A stretch of 63,935 nt of DNA, filler included, from Craspedostauros australis (Eukaryota), in NCBI GenBank assembly GCA_030167865.1. It is 8 parts of 8 records of this genome, joined end to end, with 100 filler letters (N's around TTAATTAATTAA, not from the genome) between each part and the next. Parts side by side here need not be neighbours in the genome. Positions count along the whole stretch, not along the records: positions 1 to 11,171 come from JALAGF010004060.1; positions 11,272 to 17,872 come from JALAGF010004061.1; 6 more parts are not named here. The stretch is one strand, 5' to 3'. This document shows positions 1 to 13,364 of the stretch, piece by piece. Within the stretch, counting starts at the first letter, position 1. The number at the start of each line of letters is the position of its first letter. The notes beneath the pieces were generated by a model that saw nothing but the letters and a program-made list of their open reading frames with translations, was not told the DNA's origin and did not search any database. The translations under genes were made by a program, and so were the position numbers.

Positions 1-160
1 TTGTTGTTGTTGTTGTCTCACGCGAGGCACCATAGACTTCCAGCTCCACTATTCGCAGCTGTTCCAACAGTGGCCACCATCGCATGCACACTCACACGCT
101 GATCCAAGTTGACAGCAGCATGCACTGGATGTGTTCTGTGACACAAAGAAGGATCGGCAG

Positions 161-3100
161 ATGGCAATGATGGACAAGCATGAGCATGACCCAAGTATTA
201 CAGCGAGGATTGGGAGACGAAGGAGCACGACGACCAGGCGTGCGAACACTGGTGCAAGGAATGACGCGCGGAGGATGACCCTGCGCAGGGTGGAAGTGCT
301 GCTTCCCATCCTCACCATGATCGGGCTGTATTGGTTCTCTACCTCCTTCTTTCTCGCCAAGCGCAGTCTGCCGCAGACATCGACGTGCGACGAAGCACCG
401 GAGTTGCTGCGATCGATCTTGGGTCTGTCTTTGGAAGAAAGCCAAGCCGCATTGCTTCGGCCAACGACGAACGATGATCATCACCCACACCTGCAGCAGC
501 AGCAGCAGGAACAGCAGCAACAATCGACAGGCTGCTGGCTGGATCGACGCATAGATTCACTCGTCATCCTGGTCGTGGATGCATTGAGATTCGACTTTGC
601 GCAGCATCATCTCCCCATGTCGGTGGGAGCACGGTTGAATGCCACGCGCGACGCAGCGACTACTTCCACGACATCGTCTCAACTGCTGCAGTTCGTTGCG
701 GACCCACCAACAGTCACGATGCAGCGTCTCAAGGGCTTGACGACAGGCAGCCTGCCCACCTTTGCAGATATATCCGGCAATTTCGGCGGATCCACCGTGG
801 ATGAAGACTCGTGGGTGCAGCAGCTCAAGAGCACCCCATTTCAAAGGCGCGGGCTGTCGCATCCGTCGAGGTTGGGATTCGTGGGTGATGACACGTGGGT
901 GGACCTGTTCCCCACACAATTCGAGGTGTGCTACCCACTCCCGTCCTTCAACACGAGGGATCTCAACACGGTGGACGATGGCTGCCTGGAAAAGCTGCCG
1001 TCGTTGTTGGAGAAGCTTCGGATGCGCGGGAGTGTTGATGTCGACAACGGTGACGGCAATGACGAGGATGCGCTGGAAGTGATCGTGGCGCACTTTCTGG
1101 GGGTGGACCACGTGGGGCATACCTACGGACCGCACAACTACCACATGGATGACAAGCTGCGGCAGGTCGATGCCGCGCTGGCGACGACGCTCGAGATTCT
1201 GGATGAATCGGAGAGCTGCCACATGGCGCTGATATTCGGCGATCATGGAATGACGGAAGATGGGAATCATGGTGGCGGGACGGATGATGAAATCAACGCG
1301 GCTCTCTTTGCTCACTTCTCTCCAGCATGCGGTGCGATGCCCATCGATTCAACACCGCAGATGGGAAGCTCGTACATTCAGGACATCTTCCAGTCCATCC
1401 ATCAAATCGACCTCGTGCCGACCATCTCAGTTCTGCTCGGATTGCCCATTCCGTATGCGAACCTGGGCGGCATCGTGCCGTCGCTGCTTGGCGCGGAAGA
1501 CATACGGCAAACGGCCGCAGCACTGGCGTTGAACGCGGCGCAGCTTTGGAGGTACTTCACGGTGTATTCCAGCACAGCGAACAAGCTACCCAGCCTCCCA
1601 GAGCTCGAACAGCATCTGCGCACGGCGGTGCATAAGTACCAGCAGGCCCTGGCCCACTCCGACGCCGAGGACTCCATCGCGTACTACGAAGCGAGCGGTC
1701 TGTTCAAGGTCTTTCTGGTGGAAGCGTCCGAGCTTGGTCACAGAGTTTGGACTCGCTTCGATTCAACGGGGATGGTGGCAGGCGCGGCAATCCTCCTTGC
1801 TGGTTTGGTCGCCGCTTGCTTGGTCCTGGCGATGTCGGTTCCAGCCATCACCTTACCAACGGCACAGATGATGGAGGTTGGGCTCGCGACGATCTTCGTC
1901 TTCTTCCAAAGCGCCGTGCTGACCTTCAGCAACAGCTACATTCTGGCGGAACAGAGCATCGTGATGTTCATGCTGTCGATACTGGCTTTGGCGGTGTGCG
2001 TGCGGTACCGAGACGGAAGCAATGCCACCGTAAATGCCACAGCCGCTGGCCATGCTCCATATCAAGGCCGTCATAATTGGAGGGAGCTGCTGCCATTCAC
2101 GCTGCCAGTGATGTCCCGCATGGGCGAATGCCTCATCACAGGACACGGTCTGGATTCATCCATTCGACTGCATGCGGCACACAACAGCGTGTTCTTCTTG
2201 ACAAGTCTATCCGTGTTGGGCTTCTTCCGTGTGCGGCTGTTCCGCTCCTCCCCCGCTCTTGCGACATCCACAGCCCGCTACCACGCGGCGTTGGATTGCA
2301 TAGTCCTTGCCCTCGTCGCAATTGGTTGGATCGAAAAGCGCGACGCTGATACCTCACGGAATGGATACTCGTGGATGAGCGCTGCCATCTTCCTTCTGCT
2401 GCTGTCCATTCCGCTCGCAATCTTCGAATCGATTCAGACGAAACGATCGGCGGCAGTTGCAGCGGCAGCCATGCCAACACCAGCGGCGAACTCCAAGCCA
2501 GCCGAGACAACAGCGACGAGGACGGCTTCGTTCATGGTCGACGCAGCTCTCATTTCGAAGATCTTGATCTTCATCATGGTGGTCACTGGTCCATCCACAG
2601 CATCCACGCTGGTGTTGTTTTCCATTCAGACATCCGTATGGTTCATGCTCGTTGCGGAGAAAGGTCGATTCGTGGTGAGTAGTGCGCTCGGACGGTATTT
2701 CATTGGACTGCATTGTAGTGCACTGCATTGGCGCTGCATGGAATACATTGCTTAAGTTTCTGTCTCTCACTTCAAGCGATATTGGTGTTCATCTGTCATA
2801 TCACGCGCAAACAATTTGCACCAAACGAATGAACACAATCTACCCATTCTGCCGCATTATTCTACTCTTATGACGACGCACAACCCGCACCAGATATCGA
2901 CGATGGTGTTGGCGATACTTTGGCGTTTTGTGGTGCGCCACACCTTCTTCGCAACGAACCACGCCTGCGCCTTCAGCCGGTTGCAGTACTCGGCTGCGTT
3001 CGTTTCCACCATGGAATTCAACTTTGCTCTGGGTGGCACCCATCTCTTCCTGAATACATTTGGTTGGGAGGTGGTTGGGATGATGATCGTTCGCATGACG

Positions 3101-3301
3101 GCGACGTGGAGCAGGCGGGAGAGCCTGTGGAGATGGTACGGCCTCTTCCAGTTGCTGGAGACGTCAGCGAATTGCATCTCCGTGAGCCTCCTGAGACGGC
3201 ATCTGATGGTGTGGGCCATCTACGCTCCTCGGTTTCTCTTTTCGAGCATCTTTCTCATTCTGCACGAGACTGCTCAACTGGTCTCGCTGCTGGTGTCGTG
3301 A
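161..3301 (+). CDS. PIGO: GPI ethanolamine phosphate transferase 3 (PIG-O/Gpi13); exons 161-2674 and 2894-3301
   Basis: Alkaline-phosphatase-family motifs LVVDALRFDF, DPPTVTMQRLKGLTTGSLPTF, HFLGVDHVGH and GDHGMTEDGNHGG, followed by many TM segments. A phase-0 intron GTGAGT(2675)..CAG(2893) joins in frame to the C-terminal exon carrying RRHLMVWAIYAPRFLF. First ATG is at 161. Confidence 0.93.
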
Positions 3302-3499
3302 GCAGAACTTGGTTGCTGCAATTCTAAGGATTAGCAAGGAATAGCAACACTCCATTCTGCTGTGCTATGCTCTACATACACTTGCGGGCATACAACTACG
3401 GGTGCTACGGTTTACTACTGCACGGATAGGATTGGACTACGTGATGCTGCCCCGAAGGTTACGCCGCAAGGCAAAGTGCGATGCGCCGATTACCCATCT

Positions 3500-5079
3500 C
3501 TACAACTCGAACGATGTCTCCAAATGGGCCATGCAACCAGCGATTCCGGCTTCCAGACCAGAGTCGATGACAGGACCGCCATTGGCGGGATCGAAGTTAT
3601 CCACCCACGTGCAGGTATCGGAGACCTGGATATTATACGCAGTGATGATGGCCTGCATCTCGGCGTAAAATGTCGCCTTGTCCACCTTGCGCTCGCGGAA
3701 GAAGGATGCGTTGATGGGCACGCCACCGGCGAAGCTTTGCGCAGTTCGCGTGCGGCGCATGGCACCATCTGGCGTTTCCGTCAAGGTGGTGAGCTGGCTT
3801 TGGAAGATGGAGTCGCCCAGAAGGACCTGGTAGAGCACAGCGTTGTCCGCCCCGACGAGCTCTGTCGTCGTAGCGAAGATCCCAGCGAACGGACCAGAGA
3901 TGTCGCCGCCGAGCTCTGGGTTGGTGCTGCACGTCATCGCAGCTTGGTCGGCCTCGAAGACCTTGGTGTTACCGTTCACTCCGCATGTGCCGGTCCCGAC
4001 GACGGAGTCATTTACTGCGCACTCCTCTGCGATTTGCGGGGGGTAAAAGAAAACGTTGCGCTGACGGTAGGCATTCCTGGTGTTGTCGGTGTCGCAGTGT
4101 GTGGAACGAATATGATGGTGACCATCAGATGATTGGTCGAGATTGCACCGCGGGTGAGCAAGTTGCTGCGATAGTCACATACAGTACATGACGAGAGATG
4201 CAACTCGAGTATGTATAAAATCAAGCAGTGTGATATTCCATACCGCATGCAGCACGCGATTTGTGCCATGCCCCTCGATGCTTCACAAATTACGAGCACA
4301 CAACAGAAGAACGCCTCTGCTGGGCATGATCATGACTCACCCTTCGACATTGCCCGTGATGAAGCCCTTGTACGAGTCGTAGCGGTAGTTCCAAGTGGCA
4401 GAGCTGAAAGGTTGGCCATCCGCACCGTAGAAGGTGTAGTCGCCAATCCAGTACCCCTCCTCTGCTCGCCACTGGGGATAGTCTGCAAGGTTGACAGTCT
4501 CCGGGTCGCATTCGTCGACCTCCGATTTGGATGCTTTCGATGATTTACTCGTCTTCAGTGTTCTTTGTTGGATGCCGCTTTCACCATCGCGAAACTCGTG
4601 GACATGATCGGCTTCCTTTGCGCCAGCTTCAGTTTGTGCTTGTCGTTGACGACGGTGCGCGGATTGCTTTCCAAGGTGATGCGTTGGCGTCTGCGCGGTG
4701 CGTTGGATCGATACAAAGCATTATTGAATTAGATGGTGCAGTCCAGAGTGAAGTGGAGGGGAGTGGAGCACAAGCACAGTTGAGTGATGTAGGCGACGAG
4801 AAGCAAACGGTGGTATCGGCACAGACAGATGGATGAGTCGGAGTGGGCGGATTGTTTGCGAACATTCGAGTTCCCTGTGCTGTCTCTGGTCGAAGAAGAA
4901 GATACGCTGGTCATTCCAGGATACTCCCATGAACGTACGTCGCCGATGATCGCCTGGAGCTTCGCCGCGTCGTGGTAATCGATCTCGCTGCCTGCTGCAT
5001 GTGTCACTGCCGATGCGACGGACGAATTGGCAATGGCCAGGGCAACAAGCGCCACCAAACGCTGGTTGTTGGACATCAT
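3500..5079 (-). CDS. Secreted ~380-aa protein with RXL-KXXK cluster and a globular C-terminal domain; exons 5079-4864, 4690-4341, 4076-3500
   Basis: Signal-peptide-like N-terminus (RLVALVALAIANSSVASA). Introns GT(4863)..AG(4691) in phase 0 and GTGAGT(4340)..CAG(4077) in phase 2 give one continuous frame. Exon 2 is absent from the ORF track because it has no start codon. Confidence 0.8.
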
Positions 5080-7686
5080 GATGCCGGATGATTTGAGAGA
5101 GCGGTGCGGAGATGCTCAATGCGATGTTTGTGAGCCAAAGGTATGAGAAGGAAGGTGGATGGAGGACAGATGGATGGGGGGCGTTGTTGTTGTTGCTGTC
5201 GTTGCTGAATGCGGACACTTGGAGGGCGGGATCGGAAGATCTCAATTTTTCATGGAATAATTCGTACGCGTGCTTTGGTGACAAGTGAACATACTCTGTC
5301 CGTGGGGGCGCTTGATCCTGTGCGACTGGTACAGGGACATCACGGTGCTGATGATACACGTGTGACAAAACGTGTTGGGAGCTTGGCACGATGGAGGCTC
5401 ATTGGCCATCTCTGTGGAGAAGAACGCTGGTGAGAGCACGTGCACGAACCGTGAGCACTCAAAGTGCATGGCGAGTTAGTGAAGGCACAATCTCCCCGGG
5501 GCGGGCCTATCCTTTCTGCTTCAAGGTAGCCTCAATTCGCACTATGCCAAGAGAGAGAGAGACGGCAAGTCCAAGGATTCATCGTTTCACTTGCATCTAA
5601 TCAAAACCACGCCGTGTCCTGGTACCTGCAGAGAGGCGTTGCCGTTGCCAAATAGGGATGCGTGCTGGTGGCCAAAAAGGCGCCACCATCGAGGGACGAC
5701 CAACGAATCCTTCACCAACAAGAAGAGCAACAACAACCGCTCTGTCAGAAAGTGTGAAGTGAAGAGATTGTGTCGCGAAGGGCAATTTGTGGTGCGAGAC
5801 TGCATTAATGAGCCATGCGGGATTGTGGTTGAAGTTGATTGCTCTCGCTTGGCGAACACGGACGAGTCCGATCACGGTCGGCGTTGTCGGACAGTATTGA
5901 CATTTTTCATTTGACCGTTTGAGTGTACGGTCCATCTGTGACCGTTTGGACGTACCTGAGTGTCTGACCGTTTGCATTCCACCGACGCATACACTGCACA
6001 GTACTGCAATGCTATTCCAGATTGCACGACTTCACCATTCACTCATTCTCATCTTCTCCATTTCACGCTCCTCTACTCTCCTCTCCTCTACTTTTCTGTG
6101 TTTTGCTTGCATGTGATGTCGGTGGGAGCGGCAGTACGATGGATTGTGTGAGGTTGATGTTGCTGACGTTTGCTATGTTTCGAGTTGTTGGGAGAGGCAG
6201 AGACGGCCGCCAGCATGGATACTTGCATCATGCGGACCGCATACTCTTTCGTTTCCTCTACCACTTGCACTGCCGTTGGTCCATCTATCCGTATGTGCGT
6301 GTGCCCTGGATTCGCCGCTCTTCCTCGCTCGCAACGCAGATGATGAAGACAATGAGGACTCCTTGTTCAATGCCTCGTTTGGTTGGAAACTAGTTTCGTG
6401 CCATTTTCATTTCCGCCTTGCGTGACGCCGATGATTTGCACACCGATGCTGATCGAGAGCGAGGGATGACGAGGAGATATCTGCGATCGATAAGATCCTG
6501 GATTTGGAGCAGCGGCGTTATCTGTTGATGAAGGATGTGGCATGGAGTGCTGTGATGGGGCGAGATGCGTTTCTGAGGACTTGGTTGTGAAAGGTATATC
6601 ATGCATAGAGATTCGGTGGTCCTCATGACCCAGCAGCGTACAATATAATAGCATCTGCTCTAGTGTCGCTCTGCTGCTTCATGGTTCGACAGGGGGACGA
6701 CACTCACGCGAAGCGATAGCAGAATTGATCCGCCATGCATTGGCTGGTCCATGCTATCTGTTCGTTCATTCGTCCATCCCTTTGTAAGAATTTGGATTGC
6801 CGATCCAGTCGAAGCGGTTGTGCGGCACCAAGACAACTGTGTGCATTGTACGTGCATTGTACATTGAGCTGATTGCTGGTTGCTGCCAGCAGTGTCGTGA
6901 TCATCTCCCGATCCCTCGTTCGTCGGATGCAGTCATTGAGTCGCTTGCGCTCCGGATCATCCTTGTGACAGCTTGGGTACAGCTATGATGTATCACGAGA
7001 GGGGCAGACTCCTTCTCATTGTCCTTCTGTGCAGGTCATGTGCTCTGATTGCATCGGTATTCCAGTGAGATACCAATTATACGATCAATGGCTGCACAAA
7101 CCAGAACCGATGTTGCAGATACGTGAGAGGGGAGGGGAGAGCTCGGATGGTGTTGGGATTGTGGTTCTGTTGGTGTTGGAGTGAGCAGACGAAGAAAGAT
7201 GTCGTTCATGTTTGTCGCTGAGATGAACAAGAATCGCGAAGCGAAGATCCAAACTTTGCAGGGTATATGAATTTGCATTGTGTCCAAAGCGTCAGCCTTG
7301 CACCTCTCTAAAATACCCTCATCTCTTGCATTTTCCTAGAGATAACCGTGGTGAGATGCATCAATGGGCCACACGTCATTCTTTGAGACCCTTTGAGGGA
7401 ACACACATCTTTTTGCACCATCCGCCCTTTTTCAACAGTTTTTCTTTTTTTCGTGTATCGATTTCTGCAACACTCACATCCCATTGTCTTCTGTTGTGCT
7501 CGTACATATTATGATAACCTTGGATACAATACTATGAGCTACTCGTACTGTGACGTACTTTTATTTTTACTTACACAGAGTGCGGGCATCCTCCGACCTG
7601 ATGGAGTCTCACTCGTTGTCGAAGTACGGATGAAGCAAGCGCGGCCGCATCAGGGGCTGTCCCTCACCCAAACGTATCTATTTCAT

Positions 7687-9393
7687 TCATTCCGACTCTA
7701 TTGCTCCTACCACGCTCTCTAGTCCCCATCTCATGCGCATTCCGTCCATGTCTTGATGCGGATTTGTGTCCCTGTCCTCACATCTCTTTTCCGTGGCAGG
7801 CCGAACAAGGAAGCACGCCACGTTGGAGTCGGACAGCCCCACGACCGCTGATGGTACCAGAGGGGTATCGTGCGAGGATCTCACAGATGCGCGGCGGGTA
7901 TTTTCCTGTTCAATGCTGCTGCCGTTTCTCTTGTGCTTTGGCCTCCGTCGGCGTATCAGAGCGGTGGCTTCGCTTGTTCCTTGTCGCGGCGGGTGATGAT
8001 CCAGCCTCGGCTCAAAGAATGCAGGCATCTTCGCATCACTGTGGAAATGCTTCTGCGCATACTTCAACGCCGTATCGCCAGCCTTGTTCCGCACGTGCGG
8101 ATCGATCTCCTTCAACCTCATGAGGTACTGGACCAGCTCCAAGCAGTTGTCTTTCACCGTGCAGTGAAGCACCGTGTTCCCTTCATTGTTCACCCCATGC
8201 ACATCCATCTTCGCGTTGCTTGAATTAACAAACAGTTTCATCATCTCTACCTTGTCATCGTCACGGCCGTCATCATCATGGCTGTTATCGTCGTCATCGA
8301 CAAAATTTCTGCCGACGATGCCGTTGGTGTTGCTGTTGCTTTGGGCTTGGCAAGTGCAGTGCAGAACGGTGTCACCATTGCTGTTCTGCAGCGTTGCACC
8401 CACCGAGTCACGCCCGACCAAACGTTGAAGGATGGATATACCACCAGCTTGGCATGCAAGATGGAGAAGTGTGTCATCATCATGATTATGAATGCTTGCG
8501 ATTGGTTTGGCCTCAGCCATCAATCGTTCGATGATAAGCGTATCTCCCAAGGAGTTCTTTGGATGACAGAAGTCGTTGAGGTTGGTCTTGGGGACGACTT
8601 GGTGTTGGATGAAATTGAAGGGGCAGGTGTGTCTGGTGGTATCATTGGTCCGGCATCATCTGATTCTGGCAGGTATCGAAGGATGTCTGTTCCCGCCCTG
8701 CAATATGCCAAATGCAAAGGTGCGTCACCTTCATCATTCTACTTGTTGATGTTGACATCGACACCGAATTGCCCTGATCGTACCAAGTGCTGCAACGTTG
8801 GCCTGTCCTTGTTCGCAAGCATGATGGAGCAAACTGTTCTTATCGTTGTCTTCCATGATGAAGTGGAGTCGATCAGATCCCCATCAAGTGATCGACAACA
8901 CCTCTGTTTCCGTACCTGGGAGCAAGATGAAGCAACGCCTGCTCTTTGTTGTTTCGGGTGTTGGCATTCACATCGCTTCGATCCGACTGCTTGAAGTACT
9001 TGATGATGTCTTGGTGTCCAGCCTTGCATGCAGTATGCATTGGCGTTTTGCTGTCGTTGTCTCGAATGTTGACATGCACGTGCACACGATCCAACGCCAT
9101 CAGGCAATCCACAGCGTCTGCGTGTCCATGATGATATGCGAGATGGAGTGCTGTCATTCCTCGGTTATCCCGATGGTTGACATCAACCTTGATTCGACTA
9201 GACTTCAACAAGCACCTCACCATAGCTTTGCCTCTCGCAAGACAAGCGAAATGGTTTAGGGCATCATCATGTTTGCCTTCGCCACGACGAAACATACCCT
9301 CCTCACATATTTCGACCAAGGCTGGAGCCCGCATCGCGTTGTTGTGAGCACATGCTTGGAACAATCGAGCAAGCCATTTTCTGGTGCTGCCAT
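7687..9393 (-). pseudogene. Ankyrin-repeat pseudogene
   Basis: Ankyrin repeats (GMTALHLA, KTPMHTAC, DTLLHLAC, GDTVLHCT, GNTVLHCT, GDTALKYA) are spread over several reading frames, with an in-frame TAG at 8739-8741 and no clear introns that repair the frames. Confidence 0.75.
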
Positions 9394-9527
9394 CACTGCT
9401 TCTATTCTAGTTTCATTTGTAGTCTTATTCCGGCGCAGACAACGCTCCAACGGATGGTTCAGAATTGCATGGGAGACGAAGGAAGAGAGAGAGAGAGACA
9501 GGGATGCGAGAGAAAGTGCAAGTACTG

Positions 9528-10356
9528 TGTTGCATAAAATTCGACGTCTGTCGAGATGTACATGTGAGTATATGTCGAAATGTACGCGTATATGTGCATC
9601 GCTCACCCGTTATTCTCTCATACGCACTTGGACGGTATAACTACATTCGTGTCGTTAGTATGCTGTGATTCGTCAGAATTACAGTGGAAATGGAACACAC
9701 GAAAATGAGCAGAATTTCTGGAGGAAATTTGCAATCGACGATTTCTGAGAGAATTGGAATATCGTCCGTCCATCCATCAATGGAAACGTATGGTACCAAG
9801 AGAATCTTGAGGTACTTCCCAACTAAACCTCAGATGACGATATCATCTGACAGACTGCTGCATCACCAATGGAGCATGACATCTGGAGAGCAGAAGGACA
9901 CCTACTGACGTTGACAGGATGTCATCGTGTCACCACGTCGACATCTGTCTCCAGGTCAGAGCAGGGGGCGAAGATCCAATGACCGAAGGGCATCAAGATC
10001 ATGGATACAGGAGGTGAACTTCAAATGGTAAGTACTCATGGAGTAGGAGACAGTAGTGAATTGACGGAGTGTCAAATGCGGAGTACGCATCGAATACGGA
10101 GTATCATGTAGCACAAAGCACAGGATGCTGAGACAGAGAGAGAGAATACGAACAGCAGCAAGAGAGTATCTCACACACCAACTCATAGTTGGAGACCAAA
10201 TCTACGAAACAGATTGAAGCACCAAGAGCATCAGGCAAGAGAACGGGTGTACACCGAGAGGATCGGAGTAGCCAAGTAATGAAATAGCAAACGAACAACT
10301 ATCAACCAACATCATCTTCCACGATCGTGGGCTTCAGTGAGCGGAACTTGCCAACA
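9528..10356. mobile_element. Solo-LTR-like repeat, copy 1 (~830 bp, TGTTG...CAACA)
   Basis: Homologous to 12337-13133 (direct) and 10822-11171 (inverted). All three stop aligning at GGAACTTGCCAACA. TGTTG is at 9528. No clean TSD found. Confidence 0.6.
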
Positions 10357-10821
10357 CATACTCTGCTCTCCTTCAAAGGTGCTCAGCGTCAATCGATATC
10401 GCTATCATCATCAGCATTGTTATAATAAGTGATGTAATCTTGCATGGAGCACTTCACACCACTCTACATTACTTCACCACTATGCCCGACTTCATTACCA
10501 CCACCATCTCACTCTTGTTGATCACGTTTGTTCTACTGTTGCTTGTTGCTTGTTCATGCTGGCGAGTGTTACGTGAAGTGGATCGTCGGTTGGATGATGC
10601 TGACGACAATAGCTTGCAGCGCGGGGGCGGCGTACCCAGGGATCTGTTCGCTGAAGGCTCATCTTCCGTGCCGTCGTTCCACCATGCAACGCTCGGCTTC
10701 TTGACTGGAGCGCACAAACTGAGAGCAAGAAGAGCTGTCACCGTTGCGCGTCCCACTGCTGCTGGAGGTACTCGGCGTGCGTCCAAAGTTTCGGTTCGAT
10801 ATCGCACGCTGATGCAACGGT

Positions 10822-11171
10822 TGTTGGCAAGTTCCGCTCACGGTAACCTACGATCGTGGAAGATGGTGTTGGTTGATAGTCGTCTGTTTGCTATTTCATT
10901 ACTTGGCTACTCCAATCCTCTCGGTGTACGCCGTTCTCTTGCCCGATGCTCTCGGCGCTTCAATCTGTTTCGTAGATTCAGTCTCCGACTATGAGTCGGC
11001 ATGCGAGATCCTCTCTCGCTCCTCTCTGTATTCTCTCTCTCTCTCTCTCAACATCGTGTGCTCATGCTACACGATACTCCGTGTTCAATGCGTGCTCCGC
11101 ATTCGACACTCCGTTCATTCAGTACTGGCTTCTACTCCATGAGTACTTACCATTTGAAGTTCACCTTCAGT
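10822..11171. mobile_element. Solo-LTR-like repeat, inverted copy truncated by the assembly linker
   Basis: Begins TGTTGGCAAGTTCC and is a diverged reverse complement of ~10010-10356. Confidence 0.6.
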
Positions 11172-11271
11172 NNNNNNNNNNNNNNNNNNNNNNNNNNNNN
11201 NNNNNNNNNNNNNNNTTAATTAATTAANNNNNNNNNNNNNNNNNNNNNNNNNNNNNNNNNNNNNNNNNNNN
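11172..11271. other. Artificial contig linker (also at 17873-17972, 32216-32315, 40106-40205, 53193-53292, 57185-57284, 61591-61690)
   Basis: Identical 100-nt N44-TTAATTAATTAA-N44 spacers carrying stop codons in all six frames. Confidence 0.98.
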
Positions 11272-12231
11272 GACAACATGGATGGAGCGGATGGACGTGA
11301 TGTGTGGTTCTCCTTCATTGGCAACGGGATGGACCTCATCGCATCCACATGCTCCATCTACACACAGTTCAACACACAGATGACGATGTACCGTGGTGAT
11401 GAATGCACATCGTTGTCATGTGTGGCTACTTCTGCAACCACCAACGATGGCAATGACTATGACAACGACGATACAACTACACCACGTGGAATGGAGATGA
11501 ACTGCAGCGATGTGTTCTTGAGCGAGGATCGTGACTTCAACAAGATCGCACAGGGCAGAGGAAGATCCATCCGCTGGACAGCGAAGGAGGACGTCCTGTA
11601 CTTCATCCGTGTGTCAGGTCGTGATGTGAATGAGGACTATGGTGTGGTGGACTTTCGCATCTCTCCCAGCAACGATGTGTGCAGTCGAGCGAAAGTGGTG
11701 AGGTTGACGGCATTGGCATCTGCATGGAGCACGGCCGACACAACACAAGGTGCTCTCGATTATGAAGCATGCAATCCCGATTTTCTAATTCAGAGGCACA
11801 GCGGCATGTGGTACAAGGTGGAGGGCACAGGCGGCCAGATGTATGCCACCACCTGCAATACGATTGGTCGAGCACGAACTCGTGTGTCTGTCAGTGAGAT
11901 CGACTTTGATCATTACACATCGAATGGTAGGCTGTTGGAGGGTGATACCCATTCGTACGGTGACGATCCGCTCCACCAAGATTCAATGAGTGGTGGAAGT
12001 GGCCATACTCGTATGTCTCGGCAACTGGCGGATGATGGTCCACTGTTTGTGGATGAGAATGCGTTTGATTGCGACGTGTTGCAATGCATCGACTTGGTGT
12101 CTGATGAGAGGGACTCGTGCGGAGCTCATCACCGTGTGGTTTGGAACTCCACAGCAACGGTGACGTATTACATCATGGTGCAGAGCACAGGCACAGAGCA
12201 GTTTGATTTGGAGGTTGGTCGCGTCCTATGA
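11272..12231 (+). CDS. C-terminal part of a Cys-repeat (VW[YF]..ASTC..T.F.T..C..L.C) extracellular protein, 5'-truncated by linker
   Basis: Two repeat units (DVWFSFIGNG..ASTC..LSCV; NDVCSRA..GMWYKVEGTGG..ATTCN) of the same family as the gene at 14575. Confidence 0.75.
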   Translation, partial: DNMDGADGRDVWFSFIGNGMDLIASTCSIYTQFNTQMTMYRGDECTSLSCVATSATTNDGNDYDNDDTTTPRGMEMNCSDVFLSEDRDFNKIAQGRGRSIRWTAKEDVLYFIRVSGRDVNEDYGVVDFRISPSNDVCSRAKVVRLTALASAWSTADTTQGALDYEACNPDFLIQRHSGMWYKVEGTGGQMYATTCNTIGRARTRVSVSEIDFDHYTSNGRLLEGDTHSYGDDPLHQDSMSGGSGHTRMSRQLADDGPLFVDENAFDCDVLQCIDLVSDERDSCGAHHRVVWNSTATVTYYIMVQSTGTEQFDLEVGRVL

Positions 12232-12336
12232 AGAGGATACAAATTCTGTCTGTCTTGGATACAAGTACCAACACAACATTAGTTGAGGGAATTCACTAAA
12301 CAGGTCTTTTGGAGGCCAAAGTTCACTGACAAGTGC

Positions 12337-13133
12337 CAAGATGTACATGTGAGTATGTTGAGATGTACGTATATATGTGCATCGTTCACCCACTATTCTC
12401 TTATACGTACTTGGACGGTAAAACTACATTCGTGCCAATAGTATTCTGTGATTTGTCAAAATCACAGCGGAAATGGAACACATGAAAATGAGCAGAATTT
12501 CTGAAGGAAATTTGCAATCAACGATTTCTGAGAGAATTAGAACATCGTCTGTCCATCCATCAATGGAAACATATGGTATCGAGCGAAACTTGATGTACCT
12601 CCCAACTAAACCCCAGATGACAATATCATCTGACAGACCATCGCATTATCCATGGAACGTGACATCTGGAGAGCAGAAGGAAGCCTACTGGCATCGACAG
12701 GATGTCATCATGTCAACATGTCAACATCTGTCTCCATGTCAGAAGCAGAAGGTGAAGATCCAATGACCAAAGGGCATCAAGATCATGGATATGAGAGGTG
12801 AAGTTCAAATAGTAAGTACTCATGGATTAGGAACCAGAAATCAACAAACAGAGTGTCAAATGCAGCATACGCATTGAACGTGGAGTATTGTGTAGCTCAA
12901 GTACACGATATTGAGAGAGAGAGAATACGAGGAGCAGCAAGAGAGCATCTCGCGTACCAACTCATAGTCAGACAACCCAATCTATGAGACAGACAAACAC
13001 TCCAAGAGCATTGGGCAAGAGAACAGAGACACCAAGAGGATCGGAGTGCTCAACTACTGAAATAGCAAATGAACGACTATCAACAACACCGACTTCCACA
13101 ATTGTAGGCTTCCAATCATGGAACTTGCCAACA
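12337..13133. mobile_element. Solo-LTR-like repeat, copy 2 (more decayed)
   Basis: Direct diverged copy of ~9552-10356, ending in CCAACA at 13133, with many CG->TG/CA differences. Confidence 0.6.
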
Positions 13134-13364
13134 TGAGTGCTGGCTGAGTTGTGAGGGCTTGGCAACTGACGAAATGACCAAATGGTGCTCACATTTTCAG
13201 CTTGCTGTGCATGATCCTCACTGCAATCACTGTCACAACACAGCGATATCTCGCAAATTGAGCACAGTTCCAAACCACAACAGTACTTTTTCACAAGAGA
13301 ACGCACAACAAATGACTTGCCAACATGGCAACAAGGAGACAAATAAAACAAGAACCCATCAATT

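Noticed and set aside
131..2755. PIGO ending at 2755 as a single exon
   Set aside because: The last ~26 codons are intron read-through; the conserved C-terminus is in 2894-3301.
9528..11171. Foldback/MULE element with long TIRs and captured cargo
   Set aside because: A third copy ends at the same CAACA boundary with unrelated flank, which fits independent LTR-like insertions better. Not fully excluded.
11172..11271. Recurrent TTAATTAATTAA palindrome as a biological motif
   Set aside because: Always centred in N runs of fixed length; it is an artificial linker.
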